The notes below the pieces were generated by a model, which saw only the letters and a list, made by a program, of their open reading frames with translations, was not told where the DNA came from and searched no databases. Below are positions 1-9,443 of a DNA stretch of 52,221 nt, in pieces. The translations under genes were made by a program, and so were the position numbers. Source of the DNA: a virus. Its lineage: Duplodnaviria; Caudoviricetes. Position 1 is the stretch's first letter, and every line of letters starts with the position of its first letter. The DNA lies in the IMG/VR virus record IMGVR_UViG_3300032116_020335, positions 1 through 52,221 of that record, one strand, 5' to 3'.

Positions 1-152
1 CCTGCTGTATTTATAAATAACACAGATTTATCGCTGAAATCATACCATAATGTTAAACCTGTTCCAAATAATTGTTGGGGTGAATAAATTACAGATGGTA
101 CTGTATTATTTCCTAAACTTGAAAAAATATTTCCTTGACTATCTAATAACAT
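1..152 (-). CDS. Partial CDS running off the left edge; probable virion/tail protein with a LamG-like N-terminal motif
   Basis: Manual translation from ATG at 152: MLLDSQGNIFSSLGNNTVPSVIYSPQQLFGTGLTLWYDFSDKSVLFINTA..., with no stop before the edge. 'P..L...L.LWYD.SD' resembles phage lectin-like tail domains. Confidence 0.6.
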   Translation of the reverse strand, partial: MLLDSQGNIFSSLGNNTVPSVIYSPQQLFGTGLTLWYDFSDKSVLFINTA

Positions 153-157
153 ATATT

Positions 158-2344
158 TTAATTTAAAATTTCTAAAAATGATTCGTTAACTGTTATATCA
201 AAAGTATCAATATACATATCAACCCCCCCACCTGTTAAATAACATGTACAATCAAATATTTGATTTATTGTTGTATCAATTGTTGCATCTTGAGAATATA
301 ATCCGAATATAACAGGGTCTCCAGAACCACCTATACCTGATGGTGGAAATGTTAAAAATATTATTTTTCCACTACCAACAACTAAGCCCGAATTTCTTAT
401 TGTAAATGTAACATCAATTTCAAATTCACTACTATAAACATTTGGACCATCAATATATATTCCATATAAAATTTGGTTTGTAATAATTGTTGTTGACCCA
501 AGTTTTATATTAATGTTTAAATAAGGAGTACCAAAAGAAATACTAGTATCTGCATTAATACTACCTTTTGCTGTATATCTATATTTTCTACCAACCGCTA
601 ATTCAGGATTATAAAGATTTGTTGAAGCTAGTAATGTTGTACTTCCTACTATTGTAGAGGGTATGATTGATTTTTCTATATTTTCTTCCAAACTATAAAA
701 ACTAACAACAGTTGGTGTTGAATCAAATAAACCAAGTGAATTTACATATTTAGGTGTTATAGTACCACCTGTATCAACCGCTAGTATGGATTGGTAACCT
801 GATAAACTATTATTATTATCTTTAAAAATAAAATCAGTAGCTACCGTTCCTTTTTCAAATCTTAATGTATTTCCTGATGTACTAAACCAAATACTTCCAT
901 CAGGTGGATTTGTTGGTTCATTTGAAAAGGCCGTTAAATCTATCTGTGATATTGTTGCTGAACCTGATGCAGCTAATAATCTTGATGTTGTTACAGGTGC
1001 AATACCAATACCCATATTACCTGTTGTAGCACTTGGTAAAATTAAACTAAATGTATTTAAAACAGGTCCTGTTGTTATATTATAAAATCTATCTAATGTT
1101 GTATTTGTTGGTAATGTTCTAACAAGAGTATTTACTCCTCTAGTTGTTGAAGCAATAACTTGTCTACCTAAAGTTGTTTGATATGCTTCAACTATTGTAT
1201 TGAAAGAAGAAATTTCAGAAGCTGTTAAGCCAGAACCAATGGAAGCAAATGCACATTGTTTTGTTGAAAAACTATCTACACCAGCTGCATCATTTCGTGC
1301 GCCTATTGTAATACTTGGAATTGCTCCTAAACTAGTATTATTATAATTGGAGGCAGCAGTTCCTACTGATGCATTTCTATATATATTTCTTGCTGCTGCC
1401 GTTGCTCCATTTTGATTTCCAATAAAAAAACCTGTAGAAAGACTTGATGAGAGAATAGCTAATGTTCCTGCACCTTGATTTCCCCACCAAAATATGGATT
1501 GATTTGTACTTCTTCCAACTGCTAATGCACATATAATAGCAGAAGAATTTATTGAAGCCCCAATTTCAATATTTGCTCCTGATAATGATTGGACTCTTGA
1601 ATAAAAAGATAAATGACCATTTGAAACAGATAATGAGGTTGCTGCTGTTAAAAATGTATCTGCATAAGAAGTAGTACCATTTGGTGTCATTCCACTTGCA
1701 TTATGTGTCCAACCACCACCTAAAAATGATAATCTAAATGCATCATTTAAATCTCTTGGGTCTTTTAAATTATATTTATGACTATTTTCTGTTCCTCCAA
1801 CAATAGGATAAATAGCATTCATTTTATTCCATAAATTAGCTGCTTTTAAATCAAAAACAAGATTACTAATTGCTATTATTTGTGTTGTACTAGTAATACT
1901 TGCTGCTGTTATAAACGCTGTAGCATCAGAATCTGTTATAGCATTAGCAGCATTCCCTAAAGCAGTTGTAAAGCCACTACCTGCACTCTGTATTGTTCTA
2001 GAAGCTAATGTGTTTACTGATATAGCTGAATATATTCTAGCACCAGTTCCCTGATTTGATAAAGTGTTTACAATTTCTTGTCCTCTATCAATTATAATTT
2101 CACCATTATCATTTAGACCAATACTAACTTGATTTCCACCAGATAATGTGTAGTAAACTAATGTATCATTAGTATTATTTGTTGTTGTAAAACCACAAAG
2201 AAAATTTATACCTGTTCCAGCATTTGCACCGCTTATAATACCGCTTGGTGAACCTGATATAGCATAACTATTTCCTGAAGGATATATTGATATATTTGGT
2301 CCTTGATTAAATAAATTTAATAACTGTTTATTACTTATTGACAT
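158..2344 (-). CDS. Tail fibre / virion adhesin-like protein (728 aa) with an internal lectin-like domain; paralog of 2360..3694
   Basis: S/T/G-rich. Shares GPNISIYPSGN.YAISGS, GSATISQI.LT.FS, FKDNN.SL, G.KYR..A.G.IN, FEID.TFTIR and a C-terminal NE..LE.LN with the neighbouring gene. Confidence 0.6.
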   Translation of the reverse strand: MSISNKQLLNLFNQGPNISIYPSGNSYAISGSPSGIISGANAGTGINFLCGFTTTNNTNDTLVYYTLSGGNQVSIGLNDNGEIIIDRGQEIVNTLSNQGTGARIYSAISVNTLASRTIQSAGSGFTTALGNAANAITDSDATAFITAASITSTTQIIAISNLVFDLKAANLWNKMNAIYPIVGGTENSHKYNLKDPRDLNDAFRLSFLGGGWTHNASGMTPNGTTSYADTFLTAATSLSVSNGHLSFYSRVQSLSGANIEIGASINSSAIICALAVGRSTNQSIFWWGNQGAGTLAILSSSLSTGFFIGNQNGATAAARNIYRNASVGTAASNYNNTSLGAIPSITIGARNDAAGVDSFSTKQCAFASIGSGLTASEISSFNTIVEAYQTTLGRQVIASTTRGVNTLVRTLPTNTTLDRFYNITTGPVLNTFSLILPSATTGNMGIGIAPVTTSRLLAASGSATISQIDLTAFSNEPTNPPDGSIWFSTSGNTLRFEKGTVATDFIFKDNNNSLSGYQSILAVDTGGTITPKYVNSLGLFDSTPTVVSFYSLEENIEKSIIPSTIVGSTTLLASTNLYNPELAVGRKYRYTAKGSINADTSISFGTPYLNINIKLGSTTIITNQILYGIYIDGPNVYSSEFEIDVTFTIRNSGLVVGSGKIIFLTFPPSGIGGSGDPVIFGLYSQDATIDTTINQIFDCTCYLTGGGVDMYIDTFDITVNESFLEILN

Positions 2345-2359
2345 CTTAACTATAAATAG

Positions 2360-3694
2360 TTAATTTAAATACTCTAATGTTGCCTCATTGATAACAAATA
2401 TATTACCTGTATTAGTATTTTGAAGGGTAAAATTAAAAGCTGCATCAACTGTTGTATCAATTGTTACATTACCTAAAGATGTAATAGCTACAACTGGGGA
2501 AGTAAGTGCTTGTAAATATTGCCAATCTGTTAACATTTTTCCACTACCCTGAACTGTTCCTGATGCTCCTTGACTTCTTATTGTAAATGTGCAATCAATT
2601 TCAAAAAAATTACCATTAATGCTACTTGCTAATGATATTACTGAAGTTGCTATGGTAGCAGAACCTAATTTTAATCTAGCTGTTAAATTACCAGGTGTAG
2701 TATCAGTATTTATAGTTCCTCTAGCATTAAATCTATATTTTTTACCTGTTATTAATTGTGGTGCTGTACCGTGAGATGAACTATTTAAAATATATGTACC
2801 TATTAAAACAGTACTACCTGTATTAAATACGCTTAATTCATTTGTTCCTGTTATTGTAGTTGATGTTATAGAATTAAATATACCTAAATTTGTTGGATAA
2901 TAAAATGAAGTTATTGTACCGCCTGTATCTGCTTGAAGTATTCTATTACTAGTTGCACCTGTTAAACTATAATTATTATCTTTAAAAAGAAATGATGTTT
3001 GTAGTGTGGTGGTTTTGTTAAAAAATAATGTGTTACCACTTGTGGAGTTATAAAATATATCACCTGCTGTTGCTGCCGAATATCTTGCTGAAAATGGTGT
3101 TAATCTTATCTGTGATATTGTTGCTGAACCTGGTGCAATTGATAATCTTGATAATATTGGTAATTGGTCACCTTGTGTAATAAACCCAAGTGCCATTGTA
3201 CCATTAGTTGAATCAACTTGATATGCATCACTAGTTGTAATAGCACCTCCTGTTCCTGCAATAAGAAATCTATTTGTTGTTAATGTTGATGATGGTCTAA
3301 TAATAACTAAGTTTCCTGATTCAACAACATCAATACCATTTGCCCCTGATAAAGTTCTTGAAACTAGAGCATTTGCTGTGACTGATGATGCTACTGCTAT
3401 ACCACCACCTACAGTTGTTACAGCTGTTATACCATTTATAGCACCTGTACCTGCTGAAATAACTATATTATTTCCTGATATAGAAACACTTGTATTTAAA
3501 CCACTTCTTAGTGTTCTAAATACCATATTTGTTCCAACAACACCTGAAAAAACAGCAACTCCTGCTCCAACATTTGTACCACTTATAATACCTGCTGCTG
3601 AACCTGAAATTGCATAAGTATTTCCTGAAGGATATATTGATATATTTGGACCTCCGACAAATGTATTACCTGCTTGTCTAAAACTTAATGGCAT
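2360..3694 (-). CDS. Tail fibre-like virion protein (444 aa); paralog of 158..2344
   Basis: G/S/T-rich shaft-like repeats (FRTLRSG, SRTLSGANG) and motifs shared with 158..2344. Confidence 0.6.
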   Translation of the reverse strand: MPLSFRQAGNTFVGGPNISIYPSGNTYAISGSAAGIISGTNVGAGVAVFSGVVGTNMVFRTLRSGLNTSVSISGNNIVISAGTGAINGITAVTTVGGGIAVASSVTANALVSRTLSGANGIDVVESGNLVIIRPSSTLTTNRFLIAGTGGAITTSDAYQVDSTNGTMALGFITQGDQLPILSRLSIAPGSATISQIRLTPFSARYSAATAGDIFYNSTSGNTLFFNKTTTLQTSFLFKDNNYSLTGATSNRILQADTGGTITSFYYPTNLGIFNSITSTTITGTNELSVFNTGSTVLIGTYILNSSSHGTAPQLITGKKYRFNARGTINTDTTPGNLTARLKLGSATIATSVISLASSINGNFFEIDCTFTIRSQGASGTVQGSGKMLTDWQYLQALTSPVVAITSLGNVTIDTTVDAAFNFTLQNTNTGNIFVINEATLEYLN

Positions 3695-6600
3695 TAGATA
3701 TATGTGTTTATGTTTGTTTGGAAATATCTTCCTATTTCATTGTTATATGTAAATGTTATACTATCATAAGTATCACCACTAATTACAGCATCCAATCCAC
3801 CTTCAGTTTTTAATGTTGCACTATTACTAAATGTAACTGTTACACCTGTATTAGCAAAAAACTTAATTGATGGTGTGTATGCACTTATGCTTACATTTGA
3901 TGTAATTGATGTTATGGTAACGGTTGCTGTTGATGAAGTTATGGTTAATTTATCATACAAATAAAGTGTATTAACTTGTGCTGATTGTGATGTAACACCA
4001 ATATTTGATTTTAATAAAGTTTTACTTAATACTTCATTTATACTACTATTTGTCCAAGAAGAATAAGTTACACCATCATATCTTAAAATATTATAATCAC
4101 TTGGGTTTGTAATTCTTACATTATGAAGTTCATCAAGTTCATATCCATTATCTATTTTAATATATATTTTTCCGTTAATAGCATGTGCATATTCAACATA
4201 ACCAATAATAACTGTATGATTTGGTGCTTGAGGTTTAACATTGGTTAATTGTCCTGCTGTTGTTGGTGATAAATATAGAACATCACCATCATTCCAAGTT
4301 TCTCCTTGCAAAGAGCCTGTTGTATTAATTTTTTGTAATAAACCAACAGTAATAATAAATCCTTCTTGGTTTTTTGCTATATCTTCAGCAACAAGACCTA
4401 AAGTACCTGCTGAGTTAGCATCGTTATCACCTTTTGCTAATTTAACTGATAGTCTTCCACCTTGCGCCCCTCCAATAACTACGGCATGATAACTTGAGCC
4501 TGATAAATCTATGAGTGGTGATGTTTTATTTACTACTCTAGTGACTAATCCTTGACCTAATTCAGATTTAACAAAACCACCTTTAAGTCCTAATTCTAAA
4601 GTACCATTTGTATCATTCCAATTTAATCTAGCTAATTGATTAGTAACAGTTGCACCTGTATTAAAATCAATATAATTAGTATATAAACTAGTTGCTGATA
4701 TACCACTTAAAAATAGTGTTTCACCTGATACTGTACCACCTGTTAAAGAAAGATAATCTCCTGAACCTGAACCTGAAAATATTAAATTACCATTTCCATC
4801 ATCAACAATACCAATACCTGTTCCTGCCGATATTGTATTATAGTATATTTTATTATTAGTTATAGAAGAATAAATAACAGAATATGGAGAAGTACCAAAT
4901 GTAAATATATCAGTAACACCTGTAAATGTTGTATTTCCTGATATACCTGTATTTCTTATGACTAATGTTCCATCAGGTGCATATGTAATATCAGTATTTG
5001 TACCTGCGGAAAGTCTTCTATGAACTATATTATTATTTGTTATTGCATGTAAAACTTGATAACTCCCTGAACCAACAGGTGTTAAGCCTGTTACAAGAGT
5101 TGTATTTGCAATAGTCTGATTAATAGTTATTAAACTAGAACTTTCGCTAAGTGCTATTCCTGTACCACCTGATAAATTTTTATAATAGATTTGATATGGT
5201 GCAGGAATATCAAATAATGATGTACCTGATATTGTTAATTCTGAAAAAATTAAATTTTCTAAGGAAGAACCTGTTAATGCACTTAATCCTCTTAATGCTG
5301 TTCCTGCTGAAATTAGAATTAAATCTCCACTTTGTACAACTGAAAGGAATGAAGAATCTGTTGTAGATGATAAACTTCTAAATTGTAAAGTATCACCTAC
5401 TGTTGTTTTATAAACATCAATACCGCCACCAAGACTAGTGCCAATAGACCCACCTGTTATAGATGTTCCTGATGTTAAATTAACTGTTGATGAAGATAAT
5501 CTAAACCTTAAAAATGTTCCATCAAACCACATATCACCAATTCTTGGTGTTGTAGGTGCAGTTCCTCCTGATGAAAAGTTTATCTGTGGTTTTGTTGGTA
5601 ACGCATTACCAATATCAAGCCAAGCACCTCTTGTAACTGATGTTAAAGTTAAACCTGTATTTAATGCTAATGTATCACCAATATATGACCTATCACCTTC
5701 TACAAAAATACCCCAAGGTCTATTAGTATAAACAGTTGCTATTCTTGATATAGGTCTTCCTACAACATCTTCTTCAGTACCACCTGTTATTCTATCTCTT
5801 CTTTCTACAAATATACCAGCATGTGTTGTATATGTCATAGGTGGACTACTTCCAACAGGATTTGGATAACCATTATAGTCACTAGCAAATGTTTTTGGTC
5901 TACTAATATATAAGTCTATACCTTCTCTAATTACTTGAGCATATGCCCATGTTTTATTAATATGACCTAATTGAATTGTTCTTGTTTTATTCCAAGCACC
6001 TGCATCAAATCTAAATGCTATAGGTGATGTCTCAAAGTAATTACTTACTATTGGACTATCTGCTGCGAAAGCTGCTCTTTGATTAGTAAAGGCAAATGTA
6101 TTAAAAATACCTACCGTTTTATTTCTTACATCAGTATCATTTCCTGTAGAAGGATATATACCCACTTTATTTAATATACCAACAGCAGTATCACCAGATT
6201 TTAATAAAATATCACTAGAGTCTATATCAACATGTGTAAGTTTACCAACAGTAAAAGTTATTGATGATATAGTTCTTGCTGTTGCAGAACCTGTTGTTCC
6301 TGAACCGTTATTACCAATATTTGTATCTTGTGTTGTTGAACTAAATTTAGTTCTTGTTAATGGATTTATTGATTTTCTTATATATTCACTTACCCAAGGC
6401 ATCATGAATACTTCATATCCTGCGAAAAGATAAACACTTTCATATGGTACACCACCATATCCTAAAACATATCTATTATTTGGGTCACTAAATAAGCTAT
6501 ATGTATTATATGGTTCTTGATTAGCCCAAAACGGTGTTGTTGGAAAAGAACTAGCCTGTAAAAATACATTAGGTGTTGTAATTGGTGAAGTACCAATCGT

Positions 6601-8676
6601 AAATCCTGAAATAAAATTTTTAATTCCATTAATAGTCTGATTTGCTTCAGTCATTACAAAACTAGCATTTCTTCTAGTATCAGGAATAGTATATGTTCTA
6701 GTATTGTTTGATTGTGCTGTATATGTATATGAAGTATATAATGTAAATCCTGATTCTGTAATAACATCAAAAGATAAAACATTAAATACAGAATCTATAG
6801 AATATGATGCACCACCAAAACAACAATCACCCAAACTAATGTAACTTGCTGAATTATTTGAATTAATAAAAGTTTGAAGACCTGTACCTGTTATATTAAA
6901 ATTAAATCCTGAAATAATGAAACTTGTTCCAGAAAAATATTGAGGTGTAATTTCTTCGTAACTACTAGTTACACCACTATTTGATATACCTGTTCCAAGA
7001 GGTGCAGTATGTGTACCTAATCTTACAGTTATACCTGAAATATTTGCTGATGTAAATGAACTATAAACAACAGGACTAGATGACCTATACATTGCTAAGA
7101 CACCAACATCACCTGTTTGAACTTCTATTGGACTATTAATTGTAATTAAATCTGCTGCTTGAGTAACAACTGCTCTATTTGCGCCAGATATTGCTCTTCC
7201 TATAATATTTCTTCCACTAACATTAGATAAAACACCAACAGTAGTTCCTGTTGCATTTGTTGAACCTGTAATTGGTGGTATTGATGTAAATAATACTAAT
7301 TCATTTAATCCTGCGCTTTCAGCAATTGTTAAATAATTTGATGTTATTGAACTTAATCTTCTAAATCTTAATTCATTTAATGTTTTACCGCTAAATACTG
7401 CTGCTGCTGCTACTGGACCAACATTAGCACCTGTTGTTGATGCTGATGTATCACTATAGATAAGTATTCTATTGTTTGATAAAACAACTTGAGTTCCACC
7501 ACTACCTTGAATTGGATATAAGAAATAAGTTGAGCCTGTTTTTCCGCTAATAATACTTGTTCCACCTGTAAGTGAAACAATTTCAGTAAGACCACTTAAA
7601 CTTGCACCTGATAATTCAACACTTACAAATATAGTACCTCCGCTTTCAAATACTGTTACATTTGAACCACCTGAAAGTGATTTAAGTATTATAGAATTAT
7701 TTGTAATAGATGAAAAAATTGATATTCCACCTGCAATTGAGGTAACACCTGTAACAGTTTCAAGTTGTGGTTTAAATTTAGTACCATCAAATTTTAAAAC
7801 TTGACTATCAGTTGCAGAAGATGTATCAATTTCGATATTTTTTACAAATAAATTATTATTTACATATGTATCACCTGAATTTGTTACACTAAAAGCATTA
7901 CTTCTTGAACCATCTGAAATACCATTACCAATTATAAAATAATCAGTAGTATTTGGTGTATTATATTGACCAACAACGGTTTGCGAATTACCTGATACTA
8001 TTGAATAGTATCCTAATGCAACAGAATCTTGTCCATACGAAATTGAATTTCTTGTCAATGCGAATGAAAAATCGCCAGGTGCTTGTGCATTAGTAGAATT
8101 TGGTAATCTTTGAATACCTGTACCAGCAGGGTAATATTCAAATACGGTTGTTGATGTTGCTTGAATTACTGTACTACCTGTTCCACCTGTAAAATTTGCA
8201 GGTACTAATATAATCCCAATTTCTAATTCACCACCTGATAATGAAGGAACTGATGGATTTATAATTGTAATTCCTGCTCTAACATATGGTGTTTGTGCTG
8301 TTGTTATGTAAACAATATCTAATCTACTTCCACCTGATTGTCCTGATAAAATATTTACACTACCACCTGAATATTCATATACATTTGAGCCAATTTTATA
8401 TTTACCATATGATACATCATAGGTTAATCCACTATTATATGTTAATTGTAAACCTTGTAATATTCCTGAACCAAATGAACCAATAAGTCCAGGTGCAAAT
8501 TTATTATTTATTGCATCGTAAATTAATAAATTACCATCTATTGCGTTTGCAGTATCAATTTCAATACTTTTTATTGAAAATTTTTCAAGAATATTTGTTT
8601 GTCCTGAAAATACTGCTGATGTTCCAGAATATTGTTTGAGTTGCCTTGAATAATCAGGTTTAGTATAGTATGGCAT
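3694..8676 (-). CDS. Large tail fibre-like protein (1660 aa)
   Basis: Short YadA-like head stretch (GDFSFAL...GQDSVALG...FIIGNG...RSNAF), repeated shaft motifs (LKSLSGGSNV, FRRLSS, FRSLSS, RRLSAGTN) and a C-terminal GDVLYLSPTTAGQLT...ELDELHNV segment typical of phage fibre/baseplate proteins. Confidence 0.65.
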   Translation of the reverse strand: MPYYTKPDYSRQLKQYSGTSAVFSGQTNILEKFSIKSIEIDTANAIDGNLLIYDAINNKFAPGLIGSFGSGILQGLQLTYNSGLTYDVSYGKYKIGSNVYEYSGGSVNILSGQSGGSRLDIVYITTAQTPYVRAGITIINPSVPSLSGGELEIGIILVPANFTGGTGSTVIQATSTTVFEYYPAGTGIQRLPNSTNAQAPGDFSFALTRNSISYGQDSVALGYYSIVSGNSQTVVGQYNTPNTTDYFIIGNGISDGSRSNAFSVTNSGDTYVNNNLFVKNIEIDTSSATDSQVLKFDGTKFKPQLETVTGVTSIAGGISIFSSITNNSIILKSLSGGSNVTVFESGGTIFVSVELSGASLSGLTEIVSLTGGTSIISGKTGSTYFLYPIQGSGGTQVVLSNNRILIYSDTSASTTGANVGPVAAAAVFSGKTLNELRFRRLSSITSNYLTIAESAGLNELVLFTSIPPITGSTNATGTTVGVLSNVSGRNIIGRAISGANRAVVTQAADLITINSPIEVQTGDVGVLAMYRSSSPVVYSSFTSANISGITVRLGTHTAPLGTGISNSGVTSSYEEITPQYFSGTSFIISGFNFNITGTGLQTFINSNNSASYISLGDCCFGGASYSIDSVFNVLSFDVITESGFTLYTSYTYTAQSNNTRTYTIPDTRRNASFVMTEANQTINGIKNFISGFTIGTSPITTPNVFLQASSFPTTPFWANQEPYNTYSLFSDPNNRYVLGYGGVPYESVYLFAGYEVFMMPWVSEYIRKSINPLTRTKFSSTTQDTNIGNNGSGTTGSATARTISSITFTVGKLTHVDIDSSDILLKSGDTAVGILNKVGIYPSTGNDTDVRNKTVGIFNTFAFTNQRAAFAADSPIVSNYFETSPIAFRFDAGAWNKTRTIQLGHINKTWAYAQVIREGIDLYISRPKTFASDYNGYPNPVGSSPPMTYTTHAGIFVERRDRITGGTEEDVVGRPISRIATVYTNRPWGIFVEGDRSYIGDTLALNTGLTLTSVTRGAWLDIGNALPTKPQINFSSGGTAPTTPRIGDMWFDGTFLRFRLSSSTVNLTSGTSITGGSIGTSLGGGIDVYKTTVGDTLQFRSLSSTTDSSFLSVVQSGDLILISAGTALRGLSALTGSSLENLIFSELTISGTSLFDIPAPYQIYYKNLSGGTGIALSESSSLITINQTIANTTLVTGLTPVGSGSYQVLHAITNNNIVHRRLSAGTNTDITYAPDGTLVIRNTGISGNTTFTGVTDIFTFGTSPYSVIYSSITNNKIYYNTISAGTGIGIVDDGNGNLIFSGSGSGDYLSLTGGTVSGETLFLSGISATSLYTNYIDFNTGATVTNQLARLNWNDTNGTLELGLKGGFVKSELGQGLVTRVVNKTSPLIDLSGSSYHAVVIGGAQGGRLSVKLAKGDNDANSAGTLGLVAEDIAKNQEGFIITVGLLQKINTTGSLQGETWNDGDVLYLSPTTAGQLTNVKPQAPNHTVIIGYVEYAHAINGKIYIKIDNGYELDELHNVRITNPSDYNILRYDGVTYSSWTNSSINEVLSKTLLKSNIGVTSQSAQVNTLYLYDKLTITSSTATVTITSITSNVSISAYTPSIKFFANTGVTVTFSNSATLKTEGGLDAVISGDTYDSITFTYNNEIGRYFQTNINTYI

Positions 8677-8679
8677 ATA

Positions 8680-9129
8680 TTAACAATTTACAGAGGGTGT
8701 AATAATTATATTTAGTTTATTGTTGATAGGTACAATTAATGTTTTTTCCTCACCATCTTTTGAAAATACAATCTTAAACTCACCAATATAAAATCCTGCT
8801 CTTGATGTATTCTTCTTTTTAAATTTATATTGGATTGTAAAATCTAGAAATTCTCTACAATCATTTTCTTGATTTAAGATATTATTGCTTAATGTATCTA
8901 AATTTACATGAGCAATGTCATTTAAAATATAGTATTTGTCACTTGTATCAAACATTGAAAATGTAACTGTCGCATTTTGAATTAATTCTAATAATTCTTT
9001 AAAATTTGGTGTCACAATTGGTTTGATTTCTAAAATAGGTAAATCAGTATTTTGTTTAATTACAAAATCTAATCTTTTTTCTGTTGTAAAATCAAAATAT
9101 GACGAATTATCTAATTCAAACTCAAACAT
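8680..9129 (-). CDS. BppU-like baseplate upper/adaptor domain protein; paralog of 16239..16766
   Basis: F.IKQN..LPILE...NATV.FSM.D...IQYKF.K..T..AG...GEFKI.F pattern, matching the BppU N-terminal family pattern as I recall it. Confidence 0.6.
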   Translation of the reverse strand: MFEFELDNSSYFDFTTEKRLDFVIKQNTDLPILEIKPIVTPNFKELLELIQNATVTFSMFDTSDKYYILNDIAHVNLDTLSNNILNQENDCREFLDFTIQYKFKKKNTSRAGFYIGEFKIVFSKDGEEKTLIVPINNKLNIIITPSVNC

Positions 9130-9150
9130 TACTTTTATATAAGTAGATAA

Positions 9151-9348
9151 TTATGATGCTTTATTTTTCCAAGCGTTAGTATATTGTAAAAGGTCTTCCC
9201 TACTATATGTTTTAAGTAATTCATCCATAGCCTCAATTACTTCTTTTTGTGTAAATTCACATGCATCTTTAATATCATCAACCCAAGTGTTATTTTCAAG
9301 TGATGAAAGATATTTTTTATCGGATTTTCTCTGTATTTTCTTTACCAT
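9151..9348 (-). CDS. Small hypothetical protein (65 aa)
   Basis: ORF fills the gap between neighbouring genes and is preceded by a CTACTTATA motif. Confidence 0.55.
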   Translation of the reverse strand: MVKKIQRKSDKKYLSSLENNTWVDDIKDACEFTQKEVIEAMDELLKTYSREDLLQYTNAWKNKAS

Positions 9349-9391
9349 AATTGTAAATATTTATTTACTATAAGTAGTTTATAAATAATAA

Positions 9392-9422
9392 ACCCATCCA
9401 AATTTTTAATATTCGGATGGGT
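9392..9422 (-). terminator. Probable intrinsic terminator downstream of 9444..13601
   Basis: Minus strand ACCCATCCGAAT-attaaaa-ATTTGGATGGGT forms a 12-bp stem with one G-U pair, followed by TTATTATTT. Confidence 0.7.
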
Positions 9423-9443
9423 CATTATATATGTTAAAATAGT

